64,000 nt of DNA from Cenarchaeum sp. (lineage in GTDB: Archaea > Thermoproteota > Nitrososphaeria > Nitrososphaerales > Nitrosopumilaceae), in assembly GCA_963692915.1 (NCBI GenBank), contig OY843584.1, forward strand, positions 1,120,001 to 1,184,000, written 5' to 3'. Numbering within the stretch: the stretch's first letter is position 1; each line of letters starts with the position of its first letter. Below, in pieces: positions 25,499 through 36,786 of this stretch. The notes under the pieces are model-generated. The model made no database searches. It was given only the letters and a program-made list of their open reading frames with translations, and was not told where the DNA came from. A program made the translations under genes and the position numbers.

Positions 25499-26503
25499 TT
25501 GTCGGAGATACATGACCCACGCGGGCGAACCGCCGTCGTCATGGCCGGCTTTGCGCTAGCCTCCATGGCCATAGTCGGCGGGGTCATGTGGGCAACAGTC
25601 GACACGGGCGGCGCCTCGCATGGCGCCTGGACGGCGATAGCGTATGCGGCGGGCCTCTCGATGATAGTCCTCCCGTGCACGATGCCGCTAGTCTTTGTCA
25701 TCGTGCCGATGAGCATGGGTCGCGGAAACCACAGGGGCCTTGCAATGGCAGGACTATTTGGGGCCGGCCTAGTCATCACGATAACTGCGTACACTGCCGG
25801 CGTTGCCGCGCTTGGTGGTGCTGCCTCACTTGAGACTGCATCATCGGTCATGTTCGGCCTCGCCGGTGTCATAGCATACGCGTTTGGCCTCTCGCAGCTT
25901 GGCATAATCTCGATTCGCCTGCCAACGTATACCGGAATGCCAAAGTTCATGCAGGGTCGCGGCGAGCTTGCGCGCTCGTTTCTCATGGGAATACTGCTCG
26001 GAAACGCCGGAGTCGGCTGCCCCAACCCAATGTTCTACTGGCTCCTCGTCCACGTCGCCACAGTCGGCAGCGTCGAGCTCGGCGCGTCACTCGGCGTGGT
26101 TCACGGGATCGGCAGGGCAGTCCCGCTCGTCCTCGTCTCGGTTCTTGCCATACTCGGCGTTGACGCAACACGCCGCCTCGTCGGCGCGCGCATGAGACTT
26201 GAGCGCATCACGGGTGCGACGCTCATAGTCCTCGGCGCGTTTCTCGTGATCAATGCGCTGCCCTCCGGACACGCGTGGTACGAGCAGACAGTCGTCCATG
26301 GCGGATGGAACGCGCTAGTCGCCGAGCTCGGCATCCCATCCGAGCTTGCCATGGGGATCCACGACCACGGCGAGGTCGCGTTCCTGCCGCAGTGGATCGC
26401 ACCTGCGCTCCTCGGCGCGCTCATCACCGCGCCGGCCGTGGCATGGGCATTAGGGCTGGCGGTGCGCCGCGCGCGTGCGCCAGGAGACACGCAGGACGCA
26501 TGA
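25499..26503 (+). CDS. CcdA/DsbD-like membrane protein
   Basis: LPCTMP and GVGCPNP cysteine motifs; multiple TM helices. Confidence 0.8.
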   Translation: MSEIHDPRGRTAVVMAGFALASMAIVGGVMWATVDTGGASHGAWTAIAYAAGLSMIVLPCTMPLVFVIVPMSMGRGNHRGLAMAGLFGAGLVITITAYTAGVAALGGAASLETASSVMFGLAGVIAYAFGLSQLGIISIRLPTYTGMPKFMQGRGELARSFLMGILLGNAGVGCPNPMFYWLLVHVATVGSVELGASLGVVHGIGRAVPLVLVSVLAILGVDATRRLVGARMRLERITGATLIVLGAFLVINALPSGHAWYEQTVVHGGWNALVAELGIPSELAMGIHDHGEVAFLPQWIAPALLGALITAPAVAWALGLAVRRARAPGDTQDA

Positions 26504-26592
26504 GCGTGTGACGGCCAACTCTTGCCCCACGGGGCGCGACAGGCGCGCGGCCACGCAAACGCATTTAGCACAACGGCCTCCTCGTGCGCACA

Positions 26593-27369
26593 ATGCTCAC
26601 GAGCATAGAGTCACTCTCCACGGCCATCGATGACGCGCGCACGCTCGTCATCGATGCGCGAGCCTTCTCCGAGTACGCCAAGGGCCACATACCGGGGGCA
26701 GTCAGCGTTGACCTCTTTTCACTGCACTGGGTCGACACGACGCCGGCCGGAATAGACGCGTTCACGTCGCACATGCGCCTTGTCCTCTCGATGGCCGGAG
26801 TTGATGAGACGCGCAGGGTTGTGGTATATGACAACTCTTCAGGCATGCTCGCCGCGCGCGGCGTGTGGCTCCTCCAGTACCTCTCGCATCCAGACGCGAC
26901 GATGCTCGATGGCGGCATGGGCCTGTGGAAGGCGCGCGGACTGGACGTCGAGACTGACCTGCGCGCACCAGTCCCCTCGGAGCTAAAGACTCCGGCAAAC
27001 CCCACGCTAATAGCCGGCTATGGCGACATACTTGCAGGCGGTGGATCCCTGGAGCTCATCGATGCGCGGTCTGCAGACGAGTATTCGGGCAAGGTCGTTC
27101 GCGCCGCGCGCGGCGGACACATACCGGGTGCTACGAACATTGACTGGGCCGGCACGCTGGACTCTGAAGGGCGCCTTGCGGGGCGCGACGAGCTGGCCAA
27201 GGCGTACGGCATCACGCGAGACGCGCGGGTCATCACGTACTGCCAGGGCGCGTATCGCGCTGCGCACGCCTACGTTGCTCTAAAGGTTCTCGGCTATGAC
27301 GACGTTCGCGTTTACCTTGGATCGTGGGGAGAGTGGGGCAACCGCCGCGAGCTTCCAGTAGAGCCCTAG
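26593..27369 (+). CDS. Thiosulfate/mercaptopyruvate sulfurtransferase (tandem rhodanese)
   Basis: GHIPGA x2, YCQG.YRA, Y.GSW.EW. Confidence 0.95.
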   Translation: MLTSIESLSTAIDDARTLVIDARAFSEYAKGHIPGAVSVDLFSLHWVDTTPAGIDAFTSHMRLVLSMAGVDETRRVVVYDNSSGMLAARGVWLLQYLSHPDATMLDGGMGLWKARGLDVETDLRAPVPSELKTPANPTLIAGYGDILAGGGSLELIDARSADEYSGKVVRAARGGHIPGATNIDWAGTLDSEGRLAGRDELAKAYGITRDARVITYCQGAYRAAHAYVALKVLGYDDVRVYLGSWGEWGNRRELPVEP

Positions 27370-29462
27370 GCGCGCTTCCACGACAGGCGGTTGTAGACGG
27401 TCTCGGGCACGAGGGAGCTGAACGCCGGCGCGCCGCCGTCATACCATTTTGTGAAATACTCGTAAAGGTGGAGCCTGAGCGACTGTATGTACACGATGAG
27501 GCCCTCGATTATCATTATCCCAATGTTGCCCCCGATGAGGAGCGCAAGGGCCGCGCCGGACTCGACGCCGCCAAGCGAGTGGAACGCATTGTTCACGGTG
27601 AGTAAGAGTGCCGCATGGACCAGCAGCATGATGCCGATTCGCGCATAGCTTATTGTGTGCGCAAGCGCCTCTATCGTCTTGCCCAGCAGAACCTCCATGA
27701 CTACTGCCGCAGCACCTCCGCCCTCATCAGGGTGCCTCTTGGAGTGGAGTATGCCGCCGACCATCATCGTGGCCATCGACGCAATGGCTGTAACGACTGC
27801 AATCCTAGTCACGATCCAGACCTGTGCCCACTCGCCCAGAAAGACTGTCACCCAGGGAACCGCCTCGGCGTGCGCGCGCGAGTACATGTTGATGACATCA
27901 TACTGTGCGCCTATGGCGCACATCATGATAACCACAATGCTCCCATAGAGCGTGAGGCTCGGCACGCCCTCCATGTAGGCCGCTATCTTGTGGCCCGCGA
28001 GTATGAGGCGCCTTATGCGCAGGACCATGGCCGCGACGAGGTGTATGATGCCGATAAAGAGCGAGACCTTTAGTATGTCGATGACCTGCTCGAATGTGAG
28101 CTCCGCTACGCTTATCGCGCCGACTAGCCACGAGACAGAGTGGAGCGGACCGCCCTCATGGAGGAGTGACTCAAAGGGCTCGAGGTGGTCGAGGTGGAAT
28201 CCAAACGCCTCGCCCGCACCGACTCCGGCTATCGCAGCTGACGCGCCAGAGATGGCGATGAGCATTCCCCAGCGCGAGAGCGTCCCCTGGCCCTTTAGCT
28301 TGAACAATAGTCCCATGCCCATCAGGAGGAGGCCGTGGCCGAGGTCGGCGAACATTATCCCGTAGAATATTGGCCACGCAAGCGCAATCATTGGAGTTGG
28401 ATCAAGCTCGCCCATGCGCGGTATTCCCTGGCTCTGCGTTATGGGCTCAAACGTGCGCGCAAACCGCCTGTTCTCGAGCAGTGTTGGCGCGCCGGCTGCA
28501 ACATCACCGCTCATCTCATCCACCATCGCCGTCCACTTTGGGAACGCGCTGGCAAACTTTGATGCGAGCCTTGCCGGTATGTATCCCTGTATTACTGCAA
28601 ACCTGCGCGTCCCGCCGGGCTTTCGCAGAGTCTCTAGCACATCCTTTGCGACGAGGGCCGCCTCGCGCATTGCGGCAATCTCGGCGCGGCCGGACTTTGA
28701 TATGGAGGCAAGGCGGCGGCGTATCTCCTTTTGCCGTGCGCGAAGCTCGGCGGCCTTTGAGGCTGCCAGCGCGTGGGCCTCGCTTGGAACCTGCGGGAAC
28801 CCCTCGGGGATGCGAAACGGCGCGGCGCCAAACCCGCGCATCACCTTTAGCGCGCGCTCCGAGTCCGACGCGGCGCACACGACAAGAATCCCGACGCTCT
28901 CCTTGGAGCCCAGGTCGAGTCGCAGAACCGTTGCGCCATCAAGTGAGCGCACGACCTCGTCATGATCAGATGCGCCAATGACAAACATGTCGACGTAAAA
29001 GTTGCGCATCAGGCCAAAGCCGCCGAGGTTGACGCCAAGGCCAGAGGCCGCGCCCAGGCCTGCGCGCAGTGCCAGGTACTCCTCAAGTGACCTGCGCGAT
29101 TGCGCAAGCTCCTCGAGGAGCTTTGTGGCCTCGCCGATGACGCCAGGCGCGCGCGAGCGCATGTCGGCCATCATGCCCTCTATCTCGGAGAGCTCATAGT
29201 CGCGTCGGCGAATCGAGGCCCCCTTGAAGAGAATCTCCATAATCCCGACGCGCTCGGGTATGCCCAGGCCCCGAGCCGCCTCGTCTATCTCCTGGAAGAG
29301 CTTTTGGGCCTCGAGGAGCAGGTCGTCAAGCTCGGGCGTGACGAGCTCGTCCTTTGAGTCGATCTTGTGGAACCACTCAAACTCGGCCAGGCGCGAGACT
29401 GCCTGCGCGGCCTCTGATCGCGGGAGCGCAAGCGTGGCCAGGCGAAGCTCTGCTACTCCCAA
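27366..29462 (-). CDS. atpI: A/V-type ATP synthase subunit I
   Basis: DPTP, FYGIMFAD.G.G, SYARI, LRLHLYEYFTKWY. Confidence 0.96.
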   Translation of the reverse strand: MGVAELRLATLALPRSEAAQAVSRLAEFEWFHKIDSKDELVTPELDDLLLEAQKLFQEIDEAARGLGIPERVGIMEILFKGASIRRRDYELSEIEGMMADMRSRAPGVIGEATKLLEELAQSRRSLEEYLALRAGLGAASGLGVNLGGFGLMRNFYVDMFVIGASDHDEVVRSLDGATVLRLDLGSKESVGILVVCAASDSERALKVMRGFGAAPFRIPEGFPQVPSEAHALAASKAAELRARQKEIRRRLASISKSGRAEIAAMREAALVAKDVLETLRKPGGTRRFAVIQGYIPARLASKFASAFPKWTAMVDEMSGDVAAGAPTLLENRRFARTFEPITQSQGIPRMGELDPTPMIALAWPIFYGIMFADLGHGLLLMGMGLLFKLKGQGTLSRWGMLIAISGASAAIAGVGAGEAFGFHLDHLEPFESLLHEGGPLHSVSWLVGAISVAELTFEQVIDILKVSLFIGIIHLVAAMVLRIRRLILAGHKIAAYMEGVPSLTLYGSIVVIMMCAIGAQYDVINMYSRAHAEAVPWVTVFLGEWAQVWIVTRIAVVTAIASMATMMVGGILHSKRHPDEGGGAAAVVMEVLLGKTIEALAHTISYARIGIMLLVHAALLLTVNNAFHSLGGVESGAALALLIGGNIGIMIIEGLIVYIQSLRLHLYEYFTKWYDGGAPAFSSLVPETVYNRLSWKRA

Positions 29463-29833
29463 TGTGGCACGCGTCCGGAGTTCTACTTTTTAATACCTTT
29501 CTGATGTCCTGGACCCCTTTTGGCCCTTTTGCGATCCCAGTTGCGCAGACTGGCGATCGGGGCAGCATCGGCCATGGGCACCTTGCCCCACCAGAGCCAC
29601 CGCTAGTGGCGCAGGATCTGCCCAAGGCGCGCATGTCACGGCAGGCGCCATGTCTGCCGCATGGTCGCCGCCGGTGCGAACCCCGGGGTGCGCAGTCACC
29701 CTGCCCTGGGATGGGCACGCCTCGCTGCCATTGGGCACCCCAGAACGTGGGCCTCGCGTGCATACGTGGACAGCCGACGAAAGGGGCCGATCAGCGTTCA
29801 AGACATATATAAGAACTAGCAGTTTGGCGTCCC

Positions 29834-30184
29834 ATGGAGCGCATGTCCGGAAACGACGAGTCTATCTCGCAGGGACCAATGGCATCCCGCATTACACCAT
29901 CAAACCCCCAGACTGTCAAGGTCACACCCTGCGTGCCGAGAGGCGCATTCACAATGCCCAACATACGCCATGCGCATAAAGCACAAAGCAGGCGAGGCGA
30001 CACGATGACAAACGTCCTCGGGGAGATCGACAGTGCGGCACTCGCCAACAACATAGCCATGGGCGGATCCCTGTTCACCCAGGCTGATGCCGCACTCGCA
30101 CTTGATGTCATAGAGCGCATGGTGGACGTTCACATTATCAAGATAAAGTCCGCAATTGCAGGATATCGGAGGGACAGTGTCTGA
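29834..30184 (+). CDS. Hypothetical protein (insert between atpI and atpE)
   Basis: TATATAA box ~25 nt upstream; TGATG coupling to the next ORF; alternative start 30004. Confidence 0.5.
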   Translation: MERMSGNDESISQGPMASRITPSNPQTVKVTPCVPRGAFTMPNIRHAHKAQSRRGDTMTNVLGEIDSAALANNIAMGGSLFTQADAALALDVIERMVDVHIIKIKSAIAGYRRDSV

Positions 30185-30462
30185 TGCAAGACGCCGCGAG
30201 TCTTGAAGACATAAAACGGGAGATTGCCGACCTGCATGCACGCAAGGCAGTTGCAACAAGGGCGCACAGAGAAGCCATGCATGACTGTGTCAAAAAGGAC
30301 GGCTCTCCGGACACTGCGATACTAGTCCAGCGACGCGCCGACATCAACAGCATGGAGGCACGATTACGCGAGCTAGAGGATCAATACTATCTGATATCCC
30401 TCAGGGGATCCCAAAAAAGGGATTCAGCAGAAAAAACAGTCGCAAAGGGCGACAGCACGTAA
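30184..30462 (+). CDS. Hypothetical coiled-coil protein
   Basis: Heptad pattern (LEDIKREIADL; INSMEARLRELE); coupled start. Confidence 0.6.
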   Translation: MQDAASLEDIKREIADLHARKAVATRAHREAMHDCVKKDGSPDTAILVQRRADINSMEARLRELEDQYYLISLRGSQKRDSAEKTVAKGDST

Positions 30463-30909
30463 CGTCGGCGCGCAATCATGGCGCCATTTATGCGAGCGGC
30501 CATGAACGCAGCCACAGACATCGTGCCACAGCGCCGCATCCCGCACAGCATGGACACGCCGATGACTCTGCCCACAGGCGACCCTGTGGGCGTCACGTGA
30601 TCTCGGTGCGCCCAGGGCGCCGGTGGCGGCCGATTGGGCAGCCTAGCCCTAGGTGGGCGCCCATGCCATGCGGCACCGGCGGGGTCTGGCATGGCATGTG
30701 CCACGTGCGCTCATTGGCTCCCCATCACATCAGAACCACGGCCATGGGAGCAAGATCGCCGATCTGCCCGAGCTCGCCGTGCCGACTCTTAGGGCACAGA
30801 CGCGCACGCGTGGGAGAGGCCGACGCCGGACCAAAATGGGCGCATGATCCGCCCAAACTGCCAAAAACCAACAAACACTAAAATCTGCGCCGCCGGACGT
30901 GTGCCCGAT

Positions 30910-31509
30910 TTGGCCTCAAATGTGCCCCTTGAGAGGACGATCAGCACGGTTCTAGAGCAGGCCGGCGGGGAGCTCCTAGGAAGCCTCGCCGAGTCGTACG
31001 ACGCGGCCCAAAAGTCCCTCGCAGCCTCGCTGCCGGGCCTAGAGGCCGAGTATGACCGCATAATATCCGAGGCCGGCAAGGAGGCAGACAAGCTAAAGAG
31101 GCAGATCACCGGCGGGGCCGACCTCGAGGCGCGCAATGCGCAGCTCCGCCTCGTCGAGGGAGCCATCGACAAGGTCTTCGGCGAGGTCGCCTCGCGCATA
31201 CGCGACGCGCCCCGTGACGAGTCCTACTCACGCCTGATCGCAGGCCTCCTCTCAGAGGCGACGACTGCCCTGGGAACGACGGACGTTATAGTCTCAACTA
31301 GTGCCGCTGACCGCGAGGCAGTCTCGGCTGCCGTCTCGGCAGTCTCGGGCGCCGAGCTTGCCGCCGAGCCCATAGAGTGCATGGGCGGCCTGCGGGTCGT
31401 GACGCGCGATGGCGCGACCTCTTTTGACAATACGCTTGACGCAAGGGTGGAGCGCATGAAGCCTTTAATAAGGAAGGAAATTGCCACGCGCTTTGGATTA
31501 GGTAACTGA
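30910..31509 (+). CDS. atpE: A/V-type ATP synthase subunit E
   Basis: N-terminal coiled coil, CMGG, FDNTLDAR; TTG start inferred. Confidence 0.92.
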   Translation: MASNVPLERTISTVLEQAGGELLGSLAESYDAAQKSLAASLPGLEAEYDRIISEAGKEADKLKRQITGGADLEARNAQLRLVEGAIDKVFGEVASRIRDAPRDESYSRLIAGLLSEATTALGTTDVIVSTSAADREAVSAAVSAVSGAELAAEPIECMGGLRVVTRDGATSFDNTLDARVERMKPLIRKEIATRFGLGN

Positions 31510-31512
31510 GAT

Positions 31513-33282
31513 ATGGCGGTGCAGGGCAGAATTGTGTGGATAAGCGGTCCGGCCGTCAAGGCCGACGGGATGGCCAGCGCAAAGATGTACGAGACTGTCA
31601 CCGTCGGCGAGGCAAAGCTGATAGGCGAGGTCATCCGCCTCACCGGCGATGTCGCCTTTATCCAGGTTTACGAGTCAACTAGCGGCCTGAGGCCAGGCGA
31701 GCCGGTCACGGGGACGGGAAACCCGCTCAGCGTCCTGCTCGGACCGGGCATCATCGGCCAGATATATGACGGCATACAGCGTCCCCTTCGCGAGCTCTCA
31801 AAGGCATCAGGCTCGTTCATCGGGCGCGGGATCACCACTACGCCCATAGACATGTCCAAAAAGTACCACTTTGTCCCCAGCGTCGCCTCAGGCGACACCG
31901 TTGAGCCCGGCAGCATAATAGGATCCGTAAAGGAGACTGACATGATCGACCACAAGATAATGGTCCCGCCAGACCATGCGGGTGGCCGCATCACGAGCCT
32001 CGTGGCCGAGGGCGACTATGACCTCGAGACCGAGCTCGCCGAGGTCGAGGGCGGCGATGCGATAAGGATGTACCAGAGGTGGCCGGTTCGCAAGGCGCGG
32101 CCATACAAGGATCGCCACAACCCGACGATACCGCTGATCACCGGCCAGCGCGTCATCGACACGTTCTTTCCCATAGTAAAGGGCGGCACGGGCTCGATAC
32201 CCGGCGCGTTTGGGACTGGCAAGACAGTCACGCTGCACCAGATAGCAAAGTGGGCCGACTCGCAGGTCGTAGTCTATATCGGGTGCGGCGAGCGCGGCAA
32301 CGAGATGACCGAGGTTCTCGTGGAGTTTCCGCACCTAAAGGATCCGCGCACGGGCAAGCCGCTAATGGACAGGACGGTCCTCGTTGCCAACACGAGCAAC
32401 ATGCCAGTCGCCGCGCGCGAGGCGAGCATATACACGGGCGTCACGATCGCCGAGTACTATCGCGACATGGGCAACGACGTCGTCCTAGTCGCCGACTCGA
32501 CGAGCCGCTGGGCAGAGGCCCTCAGGGAGATGAGCGGCCGACTCGAGGAGATGCCTGCCGAGGAGGGATATCCGTCATACCTGGCCTCGAGGCTAGCCGA
32601 GTTCTACGAGAGGGCCGGCCGCGTGCGCGCACTCGGCGGTCCGGACAGGGACGGCTCAGTCACTCTAGTGGGCGCCGTCTCGCCGTCCGGAGGCGACTTT
32701 ACAGAGCCCGTGACGACGCACACGATGCGCTTCATCAAGACGTTCTGGGCGCTTGACGCAAAGCTCGCATACTCGCGCCACTATCCGTCGATAAACTGGA
32801 TGAACAGCTATTCGGGATACCTCGGCGACATATCGACGTGGTGGGAAAAGGAGGTCAGCGAGGGATGGCCCGCGCTGCGCCAGGAGGCATACGGCATACT
32901 CCAGCGCGAGGACACGCTAAAGGAGATAGTCAGGCTGCTCGGCACAGAGGCCCTCCCTGACGAGGAGAAGCTCATACTAGAGATCGCGCGCATGATAAAG
33001 ATAGGCATACTCCAGCAGAACTCCTTTGACGAGGTCGACACCTATTGCAATCCCAAAAAGCAGTACATGCTCCTAAAGATAATGATCGCGTTCTATGAGC
33101 GCAGCAAGCGCGCACTAGTCGACGGGGCCGGCATTGCCGATATCCGATCTCTTCCGGTGATATCGTCGATACTAAAGGCAAGGATGGAGATAAAGGATGA
33201 CGAGATGCCAAAGCTAGAGGCCATCCTTGGGACGATGGAGAAAGAGTTTGAGCAGATTCACACGGGGGCAAAGGCGGCATGA
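31513..33282 (+). CDS. atpA: A/V-type ATP synthase subunit A
   Basis: [22 protein letters not shown]; no intein. Confidence 0.98.
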   Translation: MAVQGRIVWISGPAVKADGMASAKMYETVTVGEAKLIGEVIRLTGDVAFIQVYESTSGLRPGEPVTGTGNPLSVLLGPGIIGQIYDGIQRPLRELSKASGSFIGRGITTTPIDMSKKYHFVPSVASGDTVEPGSIIGSVKETDMIDHKIMVPPDHAGGRITSLVAEGDYDLETELAEVEGGDAIRMYQRWPVRKARPYKDRHNPTIPLITGQRVIDTFFPIVKGGTGSIPGAFGTGKTVTLHQIAKWADSQVVVYIGCGERGNEMTEVLVEFPHLKDPRTGKPLMDRTVLVANTSNMPVAAREASIYTGVTIAEYYRDMGNDVVLVADSTSRWAEALREMSGRLEEMPAEEGYPSYLASRLAEFYERAGRVRALGGPDRDGSVTLVGAVSPSGGDFTEPVTTHTMRFIKTFWALDAKLAYSRHYPSINWMNSYSGYLGDISTWWEKEVSEGWPALRQEAYGILQREDTLKEIVRLLGTEALPDEEKLILEIARMIKIGILQQNSFDEVDTYCNPKKQYMLLKIMIAFYERSKRALVDGAGIADIRSLPVISSILKARMEIKDDEMPKLEAILGTMEKEFEQIHTGAKAA

Positions 33283-34664
33283 GCCAGTCCGGCGGCGTCC
33301 AGTACAGCAAGATAGCCGAGATAAAGGGTCCGCTAGTCATAGTCGAAGGTGTCGAGAACGCCGCCTTTGACGAGCTAGTCGAGATAACTGCCGGTGATGA
33401 GCGCAGGCTCGGAAAGGTTCTCGAGGTCGGAAACGGCAAGGCAGTCGTGCAGGTCTTTGAGGGCACGACAGGCCTCTCGGTCGCCGAGACGAGGGCAAAG
33501 TTTGTCGGGCGCGCCATGGAGATGCCCGTCTCGCGCGAGGTTCTGGGCCGCGTCTTTGACGGGCTCGGAAGGCCAAAGGACGGCCTGCCTGATCCCGTAG
33601 CTGACAAGTTTATTGACATTAACGGTGAGCCGATGAACCCCGAGCAGCGCGAGTACCCCAAGGACTTTATCCAGACTGGCGTCTCGGTCATCGACGGGAT
33701 GATCACGCTTGTTCGCGGACAAAAGCTCCCGATATTTTCGGGCTCGGGCATATCGCACAACATACTTGCCGCGCAGATTGCGCGCCAGGCCACGGTGCGC
33801 GGCACGGGCGAGGAGTTTGCCGTAGTCTTTGCTGCAATCGGCGTCCAGTACAGCGAGGCCGAGTACTTTAGAAAGAGCCTCGAGGACTCGGGCGCGCTAA
33901 AGCGCAGCGTCCTGTTCCTAAACCTCGCCGACGATCCCGCAATAGAGCGAATCATCACGCCCCGCGTCGCGCTGACTGTCGCCGAGCACCTGGCATTCGA
34001 GCTGGGCATGCACGTGCTAGTCATACTTACTGACATGACAAACTATGCCGAGGCGCTCAGGGAGATAAGCGCGGCGCGCGAGGAGGTGCCCGGCCGCAAG
34101 GGATACCCCGGATACCTATACACTGACCTCTCGACGATATACGAGAGGGCCGGCAAGCTCAACGGCAAGCAGGGCAGCGTGACGCAGGTGCCCATACTCT
34201 CAATGCCCTCAGATGACATCACGCACCCGATACCCGACCTGACCGGATACATCACGGAGGGCCAGATAGTCCTGGGCCGTGACCTCTTTAGGCAGGGCGT
34301 CTATCCGCCGGTAAACATACTCATGAGCCTGAGCCGCCTGATGAAGGACGGGATCGGCGCAGACCGCACGCGCGATGACCACCAGGAGATATCAAACCAG
34401 AACTATGACGCGTACTCGCGCTCACAGGAGGTTCGCGCGCTCGCCGGCATCGTCGGCAAGGCCGGCCTGACTGACATTGACCTAAAGTACATGGATGTCG
34501 GCGAGGTCTTTGAGAAGGAGTTTTTGAGCCAGGGCGTCGACGAGAACCGCACGATAGAGGAGACGCTGAGCATACTCTGGAAGGTCGTCTCGATGCTCCC
34601 GAGAACCGAGCTCACAAAGGTCAAGGACAAGTTCATCGACGAGCACTACGGCGGGGGAAAGTGA
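33279..34664 (+). CDS. atpB: A/V-type ATP synthase subunit B
   Basis: [26 protein letters not shown]. Confidence 0.98.
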   Translation: MSQSGGVQYSKIAEIKGPLVIVEGVENAAFDELVEITAGDERRLGKVLEVGNGKAVVQVFEGTTGLSVAETRAKFVGRAMEMPVSREVLGRVFDGLGRPKDGLPDPVADKFIDINGEPMNPEQREYPKDFIQTGVSVIDGMITLVRGQKLPIFSGSGISHNILAAQIARQATVRGTGEEFAVVFAAIGVQYSEAEYFRKSLEDSGALKRSVLFLNLADDPAIERIITPRVALTVAEHLAFELGMHVLVILTDMTNYAEALREISAAREEVPGRKGYPGYLYTDLSTIYERAGKLNGKQGSVTQVPILSMPSDDITHPIPDLTGYITEGQIVLGRDLFRQGVYPPVNILMSLSRLMKDGIGADRTRDDHQEISNQNYDAYSRSQEVRALAGIVGKAGLTDIDLKYMDVGEVFEKEFLSQGVDENRTIEETLSILWKVVSMLPRTELTKVKDKFIDEHYGGGK

Positions 34665-34668
34665 CGCA

Positions 34669-35301
34669 ATGTCCTTTGGCCAGAGCGTCGCAGTCACAAA
34701 GATAGAGCTTTTGAAGTACAAGCGCTCAAGCCAGGTCGCAACGATGGTGCAAAAGATACTCGATGACAAGAGAAAGGTCCTCCTAAAGAACATCGAGGAG
34801 ATGATCGACGAGGCGATGAAGGCGCGCGGCGGCATCTGGGAGCCGCTCCAGGACATTTACACGTCAGTCAACGAGTCATACCTCGCGCTAGGCACGCACA
34901 CTGTCGACTCGGTCGCCGAGTCAACGCCGGCCGTCATGGAAGTCGACGTCAGCGTTCGCCGCATAGTTGACGTAAAGGTGCCCACGCTAAACGTCACTGA
35001 AAAGGACACAAAGTCCGCACCCTACGGGTTTGCCGACACAAACGCATCGATGGATCGCGCTACAAAGCAGATAAAGGAGCTCCTCCCGAGAATCTGCAAG
35101 GCCGCCGAGTATGAAAACTCGATATTCAGCCTCGCCAAGGCGCTCGAAAAGACGCAAAAGCTCCTCAACGCCCTAGAGAACGTCATAATCCCGCAGTACC
35201 AGCAGCGCATAAAGTTCATCATGTCGGTTCTCGAGGAGCGCGAGCGCGAAGAGTTTGCCAAGCTCAAAAAGGTAAAGGCGGCAATGGAGAGGCGCAAGTG
35301 A
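34669..35301 (+). CDS. atpD: A/V-type ATP synthase subunit D
   Basis: TKIEL, NALENVIIP, LEEREREEF. Confidence 0.96.
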   Translation: MSFGQSVAVTKIELLKYKRSSQVATMVQKILDDKRKVLLKNIEEMIDEAMKARGGIWEPLQDIYTSVNESYLALGTHTVDSVAESTPAVMEVDVSVRRIVDVKVPTLNVTEKDTKSAPYGFADTNASMDRATKQIKELLPRICKAAEYENSIFSLAKALEKTQKLLNALENVIIPQYQQRIKFIMSVLEEREREEFAKLKKVKAAMERRK

Positions 35302-35303
35302 CC

Positions 35304-35435
35304 ATGGCGCGCGACGCCATAGCGGGGATGCTCGGCGAGGCCGGCAAGGCACTAGAGGCCGAGCACGGCGCGCTGCGCACCGAGATCGAGTCTGGCCTCG
35401 AGGGCCTCAAAAAGAAGGCGCTGTCAGGGGCATGA
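35304..35435 (+). CDS. 43-aa helical protein in the ATP synthase operon
   Basis: MARDAIAGMLGEAGKALEAEHGALRTEIESGLEGLKKKALSGA*; directly after the atpD stop; core codon usage. Confidence 0.7.
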   Translation: MARDAIAGMLGEAGKALEAEHGALRTEIESGLEGLKKKALSGA

Positions 35436-35669
35436 TCGGCGTGCGGCGCACGGAATCGCGTGCCGCAGTCGAGCACCGTCTTTTTATAATGACGGCGGCT
35501 AGTACAGATAGGTTAAAGTACGGTACGCCTAAAAGGCAGGCGTGAGAGTCACGGAGGACACAAGCATCGTCAGATCCTGCCGCAGTTCGATGTGGAACAG
35601 ACTGGCAAGTTGGCAGATTTGGAGAATATCGAGCGTGGGCATTAGACCAACAGCGGAGACGAAGGCGCA

Positions 35670-36779
35670 ATGATGTCAAGACAGGCATCAAATATAACAA
35701 AATGGTCATCGAGAAGTACGAAAACGCCGCACGTAAATCGTTTGACAAACCTCAAGGCCACGCTAGAAAGCGCACACAACAACAAGATGTTTGTAGACAC
35801 GACATCCGTAAAGACTCCAAGAAAGAAACCCACCCACATAGACCTGTTCTCCGGCGCCGGCGGAAACATGGAGGGGTTGAGACAGGCAGGATTTAGCACA
35901 ATATTGTCAGCGGAAATAGATGATGACGCGTCTGACACTATAGAGAGCAATTTTCCCAAGACACGGCACATTAGAGGCGACATTACCAAAGTGCCCAATT
36001 CCCAAATCAAAAAAAACATAGGTAAGAAAAACATCGATGTGCTTTCTGCTGGATTTCCATGCCAGGGATTTTCAATTGCCGGATTTCAGGACATAGATGA
36101 CAAACGCAATATCTTGTATCGAGAAGTGGTAAGATTTGTTCGGTTAGCACAACCAAAGTATGTCGTGCTTGAAAATGTTCCAGGAATAATAAGCATGAAT
36201 GACGGGAAATTTGTTGCTGACATAAAAAGATCATTTACAAAAATTGGATATCCAAATATGTCTGTCCTAATACTCGAGTCAGCCACATATGGCGTACCAC
36301 AAATAAGACCACGAGCAATTTTTATGGCAAACAGACTAGGCAAAAAAAACCCATATCCGCTCCCCATATTATCTCCAGACAATTACAGGCCAATTGAATC
36401 AGCAATTGGAGATCTTGAGAAAAAAAAGAGGGAGAAACGCACCAATCACGAATGGACGGCACACCGACCAGACATGATAAAACGGATAGCGCGTATACCT
36501 CCCGGAGGATCACTCTATGAGACTTATGTAGACTGCGCAAAGCGCCAATATGTAGGAGTTCCCTCAATGACGATAAAAGAAAATCATGGAGGAACTCACA
36601 TACACTACAAGCTTGATCGCATGATCTCGGCAAGAGAGATGGCCAGATTACAGAGTTTCCCAGACAGCTTCAAGTTTTCAGGCAGGATGAAACGAGTCAT
36701 GTGGCAGATTGGGAATGCGGCGCCGCCACTTTTGTTTAAGCACATAGGCAAGTCAATAATCAGCCAAATCAAAACATAG
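35670..36779 (+). CDS. C5 DNA cytosine methyltransferase
   Basis: DLFSGAGG, AGFPCQGFS, ENV, Q.R.R, REMARLQSFPD, QIGNA; low GC; start uncertain. Confidence 0.96.
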   Translation: MMSRQASNITKWSSRSTKTPHVNRLTNLKATLESAHNNKMFVDTTSVKTPRKKPTHIDLFSGAGGNMEGLRQAGFSTILSAEIDDDASDTIESNFPKTRHIRGDITKVPNSQIKKNIGKKNIDVLSAGFPCQGFSIAGFQDIDDKRNILYREVVRFVRLAQPKYVVLENVPGIISMNDGKFVADIKRSFTKIGYPNMSVLILESATYGVPQIRPRAIFMANRLGKKNPYPLPILSPDNYRPIESAIGDLEKKKREKRTNHEWTAHRPDMIKRIARIPPGGSLYETYVDCAKRQYVGVPSMTIKENHGGTHIHYKLDRMISAREMARLQSFPDSFKFSGRMKRVMWQIGNAAPPLLFKHIGKSIISQIKT

Positions 36780-36786
36780 AAACAAG

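Noticed and set aside
31513-33282. Intein in atpA
   Set aside because: Normal length (589 aa) with a continuous P-loop region.
35542-35672. Possible controller (C) protein remnant upstream of the MTase
   Set aside because: Short ORF with only a vague HTH resemblance; not supportable.
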